A stretch of 64,000 nucleotides of DNA, taken from positions 32,001-96,000 of the forward strand of contig CAWAWS010000004.1 of assembly GCA_963785725.1 (NCBI GenBank), written 5' to 3'. The notes under the pieces are model-generated. The model searched no databases, was not told where the DNA came from, and was given only the letters and a program-made list of their open reading frames with translations. This stretch comes from an uncultured delta proteobacterium (GTDB taxonomy: Bacteria > Myxococcota_A > Polyangia > Palsa-1104). Every line of letters starts with the position of its first letter. Within the stretch, counting starts at the first letter, position 1. Both the position numbers and the translations under genes were made by a program. This document shows positions 50,033-63,443 of this stretch, piece by piece.

Positions 50033-51916
50033 TTAGTGGCGCAGCTGGGCCCAGTTCTGCTCGTCGCCGCCTTGCAGCTGCGGCGGCGCTTCGGCGCCTT
50101 CGAGCGTCACGCGCAGCTCGTCGCCTTCGATGACCTCCTTCTCGCGCAGCTTCGCCGCCAACGCCAACAGCTGCGAGCGATTGTGCTCGAGCAGCGCCAC
50201 GGCGCGATCGAACGCGCGCCGCAGCAGCTCGCCCACCTCTTGGTCGATCATCTGCTGCGTCCGCTCCGAGTACCCACGCTCGGCGGCGCCGAAGAAGCGA
50301 CCTTCGCCGCCGCTCAAATGCGCGATCGACTGCGGCCCGAGCACGCCCGACATGCCGAACTGCGCGATCATGCGCCGCGCCAGATCGGTCGCACGCTCGA
50401 GATCGTCCGTCGCGCCGGTCGAGGTCTCGTTGAACACGACCTTCTCCGCCGCGCGACCGCCCATCAACACCGTGATCTTGTCGAGCAGCTCGGGCCGCGT
50501 CATCAAGTAGCGATCTTCGAGCGGCAGCTGCATCGTGTAGCCGAGCGCGCCCAAGCCGCGCGGGATCATCGACACCTTGTGCACGCGGTCGGTCGTCGGC
50601 AGAATCTCGGCGAGCAGCGCGTGCCCGCTCTCGTGATGCGCGACGATCTCCTTCTCGCGCGGATTCAACAGTCGATTCTTCTTCTCGAGACCAGCGATCG
50701 ACCGCTCGATCGCCTCGTTGAGCTCCGACGGCGTCACCGCGTCTTTGTTGCGCCGCGCCGCCAACAGCGCCGCCTCGTTGATGAGGTTCGCCAAGTCCGC
50801 GCCCGCCATGCCCGGCGTCAGCGCCGCGATGCGCTTCAAGTCGACGTCGGCGGCGAACGTCACGCCTTTGGCGTGCACGCGCAGAATCGCCTCGCGCCCT
50901 TTGACGTCCGGCTTGTCGACGAGCACCTGGCGATCGAAGCGACCGGGCCGCATCAACGCCGAGTCGAGCGTCTCCGGCCGATTGGTCGCCGCCATGATGA
51001 TGAGCCCTTTGCGCGCGTCGAACCCGTCCATCTCCGACAGCAGCTGATTGAGCGTCTGCTCGCGCTCGTCGTGCCCGGCCATGTTGCCGGCGCCGCGCGC
51101 CTTACCGACCGCGTCCAGCTCGTCGATGAACACGATGCAGGGCGCCTTTTGCTGCGCCTGTTGAAACAGATCGCGCACGCGCGCCGCGCCCACGCCCACG
51201 AACATCTCCACGAAATCCGAGCCGGTGAGCGAGAAAAACGGCACGTGCGCTTCGCCCGCGACCGCGCGCGCCAACAGCGTCTTGCCGGTGCCGGGTGGCC
51301 CAACGAGCAAGACGCCCTTGGGAATTCGTGCGCCCAGTTTGCGGAACTTCTCCGGCTGCGAGAGGAAGTCGACGATCTCGCGCAGCTCGTCTTTTGCTTC
51401 GTCGACGCCGGCGACATCGCCGAACGTGACCCCGGTTCCTTCCTCGGCCATCAGCTTCGCTTTGGCGCGGCCGATCGACATCATTCCCGCGCCCGGCTTC
51501 ATGCGGCGCAGCACCAGCAGCCAAAAACCGGCCAGCAGTAACATCGGCAGCACCCAAACGACGAACAGCGACGAGACCCAATCCCCGTCTTGCATGCCCG
51601 TGAAGCTGATCTTCTTCGCCTCCAGCTGCTTCGTCAGATCGGGATCGTCCACGCGCTGCGTAACCCAGCGTTCGCCCTTCTTCTTCGCGGTGGCGTCGGC
51701 CGGCGTGGCGCGAATGCGCTCCTTGCCGATCTCCACTTCCGCGATCTGATTCGCCTCCAGCTTGGTCTTGAAGTCGCTGTACGAGATGCGATTTCCCGAC
51801 GGTCCCGAGCGCGAAAACAGCATCGCCGCGAACAGGCCGAGCAGCACATAGATGAGCCACGTACGCTTGGGGGTTTCACTGCTCGGCGCCCGTGGCGTGG
51901 GCGAATCAATAGGCAT
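50033..51916 (-). CDS. ftsH: ATP-dependent zinc metalloprotease FtsH
   Basis: Two TMs, [26 protein letters not shown]. Confidence 0.96.
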   Translation of the reverse strand: MPIDSPTPRAPSSETPKRTWLIYVLLGLFAAMLFSRSGPSGNRISYSDFKTKLEANQIAEVEIGKERIRATPADATAKKKGERWVTQRVDDPDLTKQLEAKKISFTGMQDGDWVSSLFVVWVLPMLLLAGFWLLVLRRMKPGAGMMSIGRAKAKLMAEEGTGVTFGDVAGVDEAKDELREIVDFLSQPEKFRKLGARIPKGVLLVGPPGTGKTLLARAVAGEAHVPFFSLTGSDFVEMFVGVGAARVRDLFQQAQQKAPCIVFIDELDAVGKARGAGNMAGHDEREQTLNQLLSEMDGFDARKGLIIMAATNRPETLDSALMRPGRFDRQVLVDKPDVKGREAILRVHAKGVTFAADVDLKRIAALTPGMAGADLANLINEAALLAARRNKDAVTPSELNEAIERSIAGLEKKNRLLNPREKEIVAHHESGHALLAEILPTTDRVHKVSMIPRGLGALGYTMQLPLEDRYLMTRPELLDKITVLMGGRAAEKVVFNETSTGATDDLERATDLARRMIAQFGMSGVLGPQSIAHLSGGEGRFFGAAERGYSERTQQMIDQEVGELLRRAFDRAVALLEHNRSQLLALAAKLREKEVIEGDELRVTLEGAEAPPQLQGGDEQNWAQLRH

Positions 51917-51991
51917 CGAATCTGTCTGGCCTCCTCTCGCCTGACAGAACCAAGATGCGTGCCGTAGCGCAAAAACGCCGCGAATCGGCCT

Positions 51992-52007
51992 CGGCACATG
52001 CGTTGCT
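51992..52007 (+). promoter_or_regulatory. Candidate sigma-54 promoter (a divergent variant CGGCACGCATCTTGGT at 51949-51964 faces ftsH)
   Basis: CGGCACATGCGTTGCT. Confidence 0.7.
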
Positions 52008-52033
52008 TAACAACAGGGTGGGAGGCAAGGCCA

Positions 52034-52405
52034 TTGATTACGCTCTTCGTATTGGATGATGATCCGGAGCAGGCGGAGCTGATGGCTCAAGCGCTCACCG
52101 GCCGAGGTCGGCGCGTGCGCGCGTTTTCCGATCCGATTCGCGCGCTCGCCGCGCTCTCGCTCGACGGCGCCGATCTGCTCATCGCCGATCTGTCGATGCC
52201 GTGGATCGACGGCAAGGATGTCGTCACCTCGTCGCGCATCCGCAAGCCGGAGCTCAAGATCTTCCTGGTCTCGGGCTATCCGCGCGGCGCCGAGATCGCG
52301 GCCGAGGAGGGCGTGCCCTTCTTCGCCAAGCCGATAGATCTCAACGCATTGCGTGCGGCCGTCGACTCGGCGCTGGCCGTCGAGAATCGGGCGTTGATGA
52401 GCTGA
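52034..52405 (+). CDS. Single-domain response regulator
   Basis: VLDDD, ADLSMPWIDG, LVSG, KP; GGAGG before the TTG start. Confidence 0.88.
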   Translation: MITLFVLDDDPEQAELMAQALTGRGRRVRAFSDPIRALAALSLDGADLLIADLSMPWIDGKDVVTSSRIRKPELKIFLVSGYPRGAEIAAEEGVPFFAKPIDLNALRAAVDSALAVENRALMS

Positions 52406-52759
52406 GCGGACGATAAATCGCGCGCACCGGGCCGAATGTGTACAGCGCGGAAATCGCGTGCACAAACGATACATAGCGCTCGTGCGTGTGGGATAAGCCG
52501 AAATGGCTCCGCTGAATCAGTAATCAGCGACTTTTCGGCAGTCGCGCTGCCTGTGGAACGATCGCCGCACGCGCGCGCCGATCGTAACGGCACGCGCGAC
52601 TCGACTTCGAGCGGTATTTTGCCGAGGCCGCGTTCAGGCCGCAGCGCGACGACGCACCAATATCGTTCGTATTCCGAAGCGCGCAACGAGCTGAGGGAGG
52701 GAGCGGTCGAACGCTACGGCGGCTGCGAAAAGCTCCGGTCGCCAATCGAGGAGAGTCGC

Positions 52760-54142
<1,383 letters not shown>

Positions 54143-54167
54143 TTCAAGCCTCCGCGCCGCCGGTAAT

Positions 54168-54183
54168 AGCAGGGCGTATGCCA
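54168..54183 (-). promoter_or_regulatory. Candidate sigma-54 promoter of the EBP gene
   Basis: TGGCATACGCCCTGCT. Confidence 0.65.
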
Positions 54184-54326
54184 CTCCGACGAGCAGGCGG
54201 TCGATCGTCTCAAACCAACGAAATTGCATATATTTCAATTTCGAAGCGACGTCGTCGCCGCGACCCGGCTGTACACCACGTGCACAGCGATCTTTTTGCT
54301 TTTGTCGGGGCTTTGCCCGTCCGAAT

Positions 54327-54342
54327 CGGCACGAGCGCTGCA
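54327..54342 (+). promoter_or_regulatory. Candidate sigma-54 promoter of the sigma-32 gene
   Basis: CGGCACGAGCGCTGCA. Confidence 0.6.
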
Positions 54343-54355
54343 CGACCACTAAAGA

Positions 54356-55210
54356 ATGAACCGTCTAGATGGAGAAGAGGGACGGCAAGGGCCGTTGAGC
54401 GCCTATTTGAGCCGAATCGATCGCTATTCGCTGCTCACGCCGGAAGAGGAGAAGGCGCTGGCCATGCGCTGGCGTCACTTTCGCGACCCGGAAGCGGCCG
54501 ATCGCTTGGTCACGGGTAATCTGCGCTTCGTCGTCAAGATCGCGTTCGAGTACCGGACATACGGTGCGCGCCTGCTCGATCTCATCCAAGAGGGGAATCT
54601 AGGTCTCTTGGTCGCCGTGGATCGCTTCGATCCCGATCGCGGTGTGCGCCTGACGACCTACGCGGTGTGGTGGATTCGCGCCTATATCCAAGAGGCGATT
54701 CGGCGCGGCTGGTCGCTGGTACGCTTTGGTACCACGCGCGCCGAGCAGCGCTGCTTCTACCGCCTGCGCCGCGAGCGGCAGCGCCTCGAGCGTGGCGGCA
54801 CCAAAGCCGATCCCGACGAGCTGGCGCAGGCGCTCGGCATCACCACGAGCGAGCTGGAAGCGATCGAGTCGCGCATCACGCGCCGCGACATGTCGCTCGA
54901 CGACAACCCGTACGCCGATGCCGACGAGACGCGCGGCGATCGCGTGGCCGACGACGGTCCCGGCCCAGAGTCGATGGTCGCCGACGACGAGCTGCAGCAC
55001 CGCGCGCATGACGCGATCGCGGAGGCGCTGGCGGCGCTCGATCCGCGCGAGCGCGACATTCTCAATCGCCGCTACTTGGCCGCGAAGCCGGCGACGCTGA
55101 AGGAGATCGGCGTGCAGTTCGGCATCTCCCGCGAGCGCGTCCGCCAGCTGGAGGCGCGGGCCATGGCCAAGCTGCGCGAACGCCTCGAGCCGCTACGCTT
55201 GGCGAGCTGA
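54356..55210 (+). CDS. RpoH/sigma-32-family sigma factor (paralog 2)
   Basis: NLRFVVKIA, DLIQEGNLGL, YAVWWIRAYI, WSLVRFGTTRAEQRCFYRL, SRERVRQLE. Confidence 0.93.
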   Translation: MNRLDGEEGRQGPLSAYLSRIDRYSLLTPEEEKALAMRWRHFRDPEAADRLVTGNLRFVVKIAFEYRTYGARLLDLIQEGNLGLLVAVDRFDPDRGVRLTTYAVWWIRAYIQEAIRRGWSLVRFGTTRAEQRCFYRLRRERQRLERGGTKADPDELAQALGITTSELEAIESRITRRDMSLDDNPYADADETRGDRVADDGPGPESMVADDELQHRAHDAIAEALAALDPRERDILNRRYLAAKPATLKEIGVQFGISRERVRQLEARAMAKLRERLEPLRLAS

Positions 55211-55376
55211 CCGCCGCCTCGCCCACCGGCCGTATTTGCCGTCATTCGCGGCCGCGCCGTCCGTCACTTCCCCGAAATATGCGCAAATTCGAGCGCGACT
55301 GCCCATTGTTGTCATCATTGCCGCGTGAGACACTCACTCCCTGCTTTTGAAACAGCGTTTTTGAACAGGGGGGAGC

Positions 55377-56411
55377 ATGCAGCTTCGAAATGGCCTCTTC
55401 ACTCTGAGCCTGGTTTTCGCCGCGTCGCCGGCGCTGGCGAGCCACTCGCACGCCGCCAAGCCGGCCGCGCCGCCGCCGCCGGCCGCCGCCGACGCCGAGC
55501 CGCAAGGACCAAAGTTCAATTGGCAGTCGGGCCCGCAACGGGTCGACCTCGGCCACGAGCTGCAGCTCGATCTGCCCGACAACTACGCGTTTCTCGGCAT
55601 GCCCGACGCCAAGACGCTGATGGAGAGCCTCGGCAACCTCTACAACGAGAACCTGCTCGGCGTCGTCATCGCCGGCGGCGGCGACTCGCCGTGGTTCATC
55701 ACGGTGCGCTACACCGAGGAGGGCTACGTCGACGATAAAGAGCCGATCGATGCCAATAAGCTCCTGGAGGCGATCCAAAAAGGGACGCTCGAAGCCAACG
55801 AAGAGCGGGTCAAACGCGGCTTTTCGGCGGCGCATGTCGACGGCTGGGACGAGGCGCCGAGCTACGATCGCGCGCTCCATCAGCTGGTGTGGGCGCTGAC
55901 GATGAAGACGACGAGCGGCAAAGACTCGCTCAACTACAGCACGCGCATTCTCGGACGGCGCGGCTATGTCGCGATCAACCTCGTCACCGGTGTCGATCGC
56001 TTCGCGACCGATCGGCCGCAGGCGGCCAAGATCTTGTCGGTCACGCACTTCAAGCCGGGCGCGCGCTACGAGGACTTCGACCAAAAGAAGGACAAAGTCG
56101 CCGAATACGGCCTGATGGGCCTCATTCTCGGTGGCGTCGGCATCGGCGCGCTGAAGCTGGCCAAAGTCGGCCTCTTCGCCGCGTTCGGCAAGAGCATCTG
56201 GGCGTTCATCCTCATCGCCAAGAAGGCGGTGGTCCTCTTCTTCGTGGGAATTTGGGCGGCCATCAAGAAGCGGTTCGGCAAGAAGGAAGTGCCGCAGAAC
56301 GTGGCCGCGAACATGCCGCCGCCGCCGGATCGCGTCGATCCGCCGCTCGTCGCCGAAGCCGACGCCAAGCCGCCGAGCGGCAGCGAGCCGCCGACCGACG
56401 ACTTCAAGTAG
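55377..56411 (+). CDS. DUF2167-family membrane protein
   Basis: EEGYVDD, GWDEAPSYD, LNYSTRILGRRG, GARYEDF..DKVAEYGL. Confidence 0.88.
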   Translation: MQLRNGLFTLSLVFAASPALASHSHAAKPAAPPPPAAADAEPQGPKFNWQSGPQRVDLGHELQLDLPDNYAFLGMPDAKTLMESLGNLYNENLLGVVIAGGGDSPWFITVRYTEEGYVDDKEPIDANKLLEAIQKGTLEANEERVKRGFSAAHVDGWDEAPSYDRALHQLVWALTMKTTSGKDSLNYSTRILGRRGYVAINLVTGVDRFATDRPQAAKILSVTHFKPGARYEDFDQKKDKVAEYGLMGLILGGVGIGALKLAKVGLFAAFGKSIWAFILIAKKAVVLFFVGIWAAIKKRFGKKEVPQNVAANMPPPPDRVDPPLVAEADAKPPSGSEPPTDDFK

Positions 56412-56434
56412 CGCTCGTAACGCGCGGCTCAGCC

Positions 56435-56593
56435 AGGGGCTGTTCTCAATCAGCTCCCGTCGCCAAGCTTGCTGCGGGCCGCGTCTGCTTCGTTGCTCAT
56501 CGCTCAGTTACCGCCAGTAGCTTCGCTGTTCGCGCCTCGCAGCCGCGGCTCCTCGCGGCGCTTGGCTCGGTCCGCCAATTGAGAACAGCCCCT
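56435..56593. mobile_element. MITE-like non-autonomous element (~160 bp)
   Basis: Perfect 16-bp TIR AGGGGCTGTTCTCAAT / ATTGAGAACAGCCCCT with a self-complementary interior. Confidence 0.75.
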
Positions 56594-57068
56594 AGCGCGC
56601 CGCCTTCTGATATCCACCGGGAACTTTCACACCATTGAGCTCCTCGCGGTGCTCTTCGGCGATCTGCACGGCCGGCTGCTCGGCGGCGCGCGGTCGCGCG
56701 AACGCCAAATACACGTCCCAGGCGCGCGTGTCACCGAGCGACTCCCGCGCCAACGCCTCGCCGTACAACGCCTGCGCGATCCGTGGCTCGTCGCCGAACA
56801 TCTTGGAGGCGATGCGATACTCGCTGGCGGCCTCGGCGAACTGCCCTTGCGCGCGCAGCGCCACCGCCAAGTTGTAGTGCGCTTCGCTCAGCGACGGATC
56901 TTCGCGCAGCGCCTCGCGTAGCTTCTTCTCCGCCTCCGGGAAGTTGCCTTGCACCACGCGCTGCACGCCTTCGCCCAGGATCTGGTGCGGCTGATCGAGC
57001 GTCGCCTGCGCATGCGCGGCCAGAGGGGCCAGCGTCACCGCGGCGGCCAACATCCAGACTTTGTACAT
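56592..57068 (-). CDS. Exported TPR protein
   Basis: Signal peptide ending AHA, EAHYNLAVALRAQG. Confidence 0.8.
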   Translation of the reverse strand: MYKVWMLAAAVTLAPLAAHAQATLDQPHQILGEGVQRVVQGNFPEAEKKLREALREDPSLSEAHYNLAVALRAQGQFAEAASEYRIASKMFGDEPRIAQALYGEALARESLGDTRAWDVYLAFARPRAAEQPAVQIAEEHREELNGVKVPGGYQKAAR

Positions 57069-57093
57069 AGGGTCCTCCTGATGCCGGAGGACT

Positions 57094-57109
57094 AGCGAGC
57101 CGCGTGCCG
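57094..57109 (-). promoter_or_regulatory. Candidate sigma-54 promoter
   Basis: CGGCACGCGGCTCGCT. Confidence 0.55.
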
Positions 57110-57140
57110 AGAGACCCTCGACACGCGGCTTCATGCGGAA

Positions 57141-58656
57141 TTACGCGGTGGGAATGACGATGAAGATGGCGGAGTCGCCGCGGCGCAGGCGCAACAGGTG
57201 GCCGCCCGAGCGATCGGCGCCGAGCGCGCGCACGGCGTCATCGGCCGTCGCCACCGGCTTGCGGTCGACCTCGAGCACGATGTCGCCTTGCTGCAGGCCG
57301 GCCTCTTGCGCCGGCGAGCCGTCGCGCACGCTCGTCACCACGGCGCCTTTGAGCCGGCCGTCGACCCCGAGCTGCTGCGCCATCATCGGCGTCAGCGACG
57401 ACAAGCCGACCCCGATCTTGCCTCTGGTCGCGCGCTCGCCGCCGCCTTGACCGCCTTCGCGCGACGCCTGCCGCTCGTCGCCGGGCAGATTCGATTGTCT
57501 GCGGCGAGACATGCACGTTCTTGCCGTCACGCCACAAGGTCAGGTCGACCTTCTGCCCGACTTTGCCGTTGGCGATGAGCCGCTGCACGGTGCGACCATC
57601 CGGCGTCGGCGTGCCGTTGACGGCGACGATGACGTCGCCCGCCTGCGCGCCCGCCTTCTCGGCCGGCGACCCCGGCTCCAGCTGACCGACGAGCGCGCCA
57701 CGTTCGGGCGCGCCTTTGCCGAGCCCCTTTTGCAGCTCCGGCGTCAGATCCTGCATGCGAATGCCGACGTAGGGATGACGAACGTGGCCGCCGTTGATGA
57801 GCTGCTCGGTGACCGGTTTCATCATCGACGACGGCACGGCGAACCCGATGCCGGTGCCGATGCCCGCGATCATCGTGTTGATGCCGATGACCTCGCCGTC
57901 GAGGTTGACGAGCGGGCCGCCCGAGTTGCCCGGGTTGATCGACGCGTCCGTCTGCAAGAAGTCCTCGAACTTGCCGCCGCCCGAGACCGAGCGGTTCTTG
58001 GCCGACAACACGCCGACGGTCACCGTGTGATCGAGCCCGAACGGATTGCCGATGGCGATGACCCACTCGCCGACCTGCAGCTTGTCGGAGTCGCCCATCT
58101 TCGCGGCCTGGACGCCGATGCCGTCGACCTTCACGACCGCCAAGTCGCTGCGCGGATCGGTGCCGATGACCTTGCCGGGCACGGTCTTGCCGTCGACGAA
58201 GGTGACCTTGACGTCATCCGCGTCCTCGACGACGTGATTGTTGGTGAGGATGTAGCCCTTCTTGTCGATGACGACGCCCGAGCCGAGGCCCGACTGCCGC
58301 TGGCCGCCGCCTTCGTCACCCTCGTCACCGAAAAAGCGTCCGAACGGCGTGCCTTCGAACGGATTGCCGCCGCGATGCATCGTGCGCTGCGAGTGGCCGC
58401 CTTTGGTCACGCTGATGCGCACGACCGACGGGCTCAGCTGCGACGCCACTTGCGCGAACGTGCGGCTCAACATGCGCGCGTCCGTCACCTGCTCGCGCGA
58501 CGGCGGCGGCAGCGCCGGCTTGACGTCGGCGGCGACAATCGGCGCCGCGTTCGCCGGGTGACCCCATTGCACCTGGACGTGGGTCGCCGCAACCGCTCCG
58601 GCAGCGCCAACCGCCATGAGCGCCAGGCCGCCAACCACGTTTCTTTTCCGCGTCAT
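57141..58656 (-). CDS. DegP/HtrA serine protease with two PDZ domains, +1 frameshift near 57489
   Basis: TNNHVV, DLAV, GNSGGPL; second PDZ continues in another frame. Confidence 0.9.
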
Positions 58657-58841
58657 CTAGATCCTCCTGGTTCGTCGCTACAACGCTAGCCGTGTGTGTG
58701 ACATTCCCGGCGGCGCTTGGGTTGTGTTCTGCGGCGTTTCGCCCCACTGCGGCGTGCGCAAAGTGACATCCACGCCTCGCGTGTGTGCGTGGCGGGCCGC
58801 TTAACTACCGGTAATCATGACTGCGACCGAGCGCAAGATGA

Positions 58842-58857
58842 CGGCACGACGACTGCA
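58842..58857 (+). promoter_or_regulatory. Candidate sigma-54 promoter
   Basis: CGGCACGACGACTGCA. Confidence 0.65.
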
Positions 58858-58908
58858 AAAGTTCCCGGGCAAGTAGCATTTGACGAACGTCCATTAGGAG
58901 AAATTCAC

Positions 58909-59100
58909 ATGAAGAAGATCGCTCTCGTTATGTCCGCTTTCGCCCTCCTCGCGTTCTCGGGTATGGCTCGCGCTGAAGACGCCGCTCCGGCCAAGGCCGA
59001 GAAGACGACCAAGAAGACGACCAAGAAGACGACGGACACGGCCGCCGACGGCGCCGCGACCACGAAGACCGAGACCAAGACCGAGAAGACCGCGAAGTAA
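58909..59100 (+). CDS. Small secreted Lys/Thr-rich protein (63 aa)
   Basis: SD AGGAG, signal peptide MKKIALVMSAFALLAFSGMARA, KKTT repeats. Confidence 0.8.
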   Translation: MKKIALVMSAFALLAFSGMARAEDAAPAKAEKTTKKTTKKTTDTAADGAATTKTETKTEKTAK

Positions 59101-59119
59101 TTTCGCTTCTGCTTCACCG

Positions 59120-59157
59120 GAGCCCCTCGCCGGCAACGGCGGGGGGCTCTTTTTTTG
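59120..59157 (+). terminator. Intrinsic terminator
   Basis: GAGCCCCTCGCCG-GCAA-CGGCGGGGGGCTC followed by a T tract. Confidence 0.8.
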
Positions 59158-59184
59158 TCCGCCCATCTGTTACGGTGACTTCGG

Positions 59185-60883
59185 ATGAAGATTCGCACCA
59201 AGCTGATCCTGCTTCTATCGGCGGCGCTGGTGGCGACGATGGTGCTGTCGACGTGGCTGCGCATCCGCTGGACGCGCTCGCGGCTCGAGGATCAGCTGCA
59301 GTCAATCGGCGCAGGATACGCTCACGCTCATCGCCGAGGATCTGACGAAGCGGCTGCGCTCGGACATGGATCAGGACGAGATCTTCGATCAGCTCAAAGA
59401 GGAGCAGCGCCTGCATCCGGGCGCCGACTTGACGCTGACGCTCGACATGCAAGACGAGTCGGTCTCGTTCTCGCTGCCGCAGTCGGCCGAAGATCTGAAA
59501 GTGGCCAAGAAGCCGCATCCGACGCGCACGAAGACAGTGCAGCAGCGACGCGAAGAGGCGCGCCGCGCTTACTACGATCACGGCGAGTCGTCGCGGGCGC
59601 CGGGCACGCGAACGATCGAGCCGATGTGGCGCACGCCGGACAAGCCGACCGATCGCTGGCCACCGCGCGCCGTGGCCGTCGCGCCGCCGAAGCAGCACGT
59701 CGTCGTGCGGACGCAGGGGCCGCGCGGTCGCAGCATCTTCGCAGTGTCGGCGGACATCGATCCCGCCGGTCCGATGCAAGCCAAGCTGGAGATCTCGAAG
59801 TCGGACGAGCCGATCGCCGCGCTGGTGCGCACCGAGGAGCTGAACTCGGCGCTGATTACCGGGTCGGCGGTGATCATTTTGATGGTGATGACGGCGTTCA
59901 TCGTCGATCGCGTCGTCGGTCGGCCGGTGAGCTTGTTGGAAGCGGCGATGCAGCGGGTCGAAGGCGGCGAGCTCGAAGCGCGCGTGCCGGCCAAGTCGCA
60001 CGACGAGGTGGGCGCGTTGTCGCGCGGGTTCAACTCGATGCTGACGCGCGTGGCCGAGGCGGACGCGGAGATTCGCGCGTTCAATCGCCGCCTCGCCGAC
60101 GAGATCAAAGCGGCGACGCTCGATTTGGCGCGCAAGAACGAGGCGCTGGCGCAGCTCAACCGTTTGTTGCGCGAGACGCAGAAGGAGCTGGGCGACAAAG
60201 AGCGGCTGGCGGCGCTCGGACAGCTGGCGGCGCAGCTGGCGCACGAAATCGGCACGCCGCTCGGCTCGGTGTCGGGCCACTTGCAGCTGGCGATCACGGC
60301 GCGCGATGTGCCGTCGGCGTTGAAAGATCGCCTGCAAGTGGCGACGCGCGAGCTCGAGCGCGTCTCCAAGATCGTGCGCGACTATCTCGACTCGACGCGC
60401 ACGGTGGCGCCCGAGCGCGTGCCGGTCGACGTCGAGCGCGTCGTCGACGAGGCGCTCGGCATTTCCATCGGCGCCGAGGCGCGCGCGCGCGTCGAAGTCG
60501 ACAAGCGCGTCGATGCCGAGGCCGCGCACGCCGAGACCGATCCCGGCCTCTTGCGTCAGATCTTGGTGAATTTAGTGACGAATGCAGTCGATGCCGTAGC
60601 CCAACATCCGCGCGGCCACTTGGAAGTGCTGGCGTTCCTGCAGGGCGATCGCGTGGCCATCTCGGTGCGCGACGACGGCGTCGGCATTGCGCCCGAAGAC
60701 GCCGCGCGTATCTTCGAGCCGTTCTACACGACCAAAGGGCGCGGCAAAGGCACCGGCCTCGGCCTCGCCATCTGCCGCGAATTGACCAACGCGCTCGGCG
60801 GCCGCATCACCGTCGACAGCGCGCCCGGACGCGGCTCGACCTTCACCGTCACGTTGCCGCGCTCCGAGCGCAAGGCGGCCTAA
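59185..60883 (+). CDS. HAMP sensor histidine kinase, +1 frameshift near 59302
   Basis: MKIRTKL TM1 in one frame; TM2, HAMP, AHEIGTPL, NLVTNA, GTGLGL in the next. Confidence 0.88.
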
Positions 60884-60888
60884 TCGAT

Positions 60889-62274
<1,386 letters not shown>

Positions 62275-62276
62275 CG

Positions 62277-63407
62277 ATGCTGGCGGGAACGTTCGTGACG
62301 ATGCCGTTCGCCGATCTGCTGCAGTGGATCTCGGATTCGCGTCGCTCGGGAACGTTGCAGGTGGCGCTGGAGTTCGAAGAGCGCTATCTGCGATTCGTAG
62401 ACGGGTCCATTGTCGCCTACGGCTCGGATGATCCGATGGCGCGCGACCTCGGCCGCTTGGCGCTGCACGCCGGCCTGTGCGACGAAGCGGCCATCTTGCG
62501 CGCCGTCGAAGCGCAGGCGCAGAGCCAGATGCCGCTCGGCGACGTGCTGGTGTCGTCGGGCGCCGTGACGCACGAGGCGCTCGCCGCCGCCGTCGACAAG
62601 CACGTGCAGGAGACGGTGCTCGGCCTGTTCTTGTGGCCCGAAGGTCGCTTCGCGTTCACCAACGAAGTGGCGCCGGCCGATTTGGTCGCGTACATGCCGC
62701 CCGAGTACGAGCTGGCCGAGCCGATGGCGACGCGCGGCATCCTCATGGAGGGCATGCGCCGCCTCGACGAATGGACGCGCATCGTCAAAGTGTTGCCGTC
62801 CGACGACGTGCAGCTGCACGCGCTCGGTCCGGCGCCGGAGCTGCCGATTCTCGAGGAGATCGCCGCGCATCCCGAGCCGCCGACGCTGGCGCAGCTGTTG
62901 GCGGAGCAGGGCGACTCGCGTTACGCCGTGTGCGAGCAGCTGTTCCGCGCGTTCGAGCGCGGCCTCGTCGCCGTCGATGCGCCGACGCCGGAAGCGACGG
63001 CGCGCGCGGCGCGCACGTCGCGCGGCTCGACGACGGTGGCGCACCTCGTGGCCGCCGCCCGCGCGCTCATCGACGAAGGGCAGCACGACGAGGCGGCCGC
63101 GCTCTTGCGCTCGTCGCTGACGCTCGATCCCTTTCGCGCCGACGCGCGCCAGCTCTTGGCCGACTCGCGCGAGCGGCAGCGTGAGGCGCTGTACGAAGCC
63201 ATGCCGCGCGAGCTGGTGCCGCGCGTCGTCGCCTCGGAAGGCAAGCTGCGCCGACTGCCGCTGACGCCGCGCGAACGGCGCGTGCTGTCACACGTCAACG
63301 GCCGCTGGGACGTGGGCGCGCTGGCGTTGACGACCGGCTTCGGCGAGCTGGAGACGCTGCGCGTGCTGCGCCGGCTCGTGCACACCGGCGCCATCTCCAT
63401 CGGCTGA
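62277..63407 (+). CDS. DUF4388 (PATAN)-domain protein
   Basis: MLAGTFVTMPFADLLQWI..RRSGTL, LFLWPEGRFAF, ILMEGMRRLDEW. Confidence 0.88.
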   Translation: MLAGTFVTMPFADLLQWISDSRRSGTLQVALEFEERYLRFVDGSIVAYGSDDPMARDLGRLALHAGLCDEAAILRAVEAQAQSQMPLGDVLVSSGAVTHEALAAAVDKHVQETVLGLFLWPEGRFAFTNEVAPADLVAYMPPEYELAEPMATRGILMEGMRRLDEWTRIVKVLPSDDVQLHALGPAPELPILEEIAAHPEPPTLAQLLAEQGDSRYAVCEQLFRAFERGLVAVDAPTPEATARAARTSRGSTTVAHLVAAARALIDEGQHDEAAALLRSSLTLDPFRADARQLLADSRERQREALYEAMPRELVPRVVASEGKLRRLPLTPRERRVLSHVNGRWDVGALALTTGFGELETLRVLRRLVHTGAISIG

Positions 63408-63443
63408 TTCCCGTCGCTGTGAGCGCCTACGCGCCGTAAGCGT

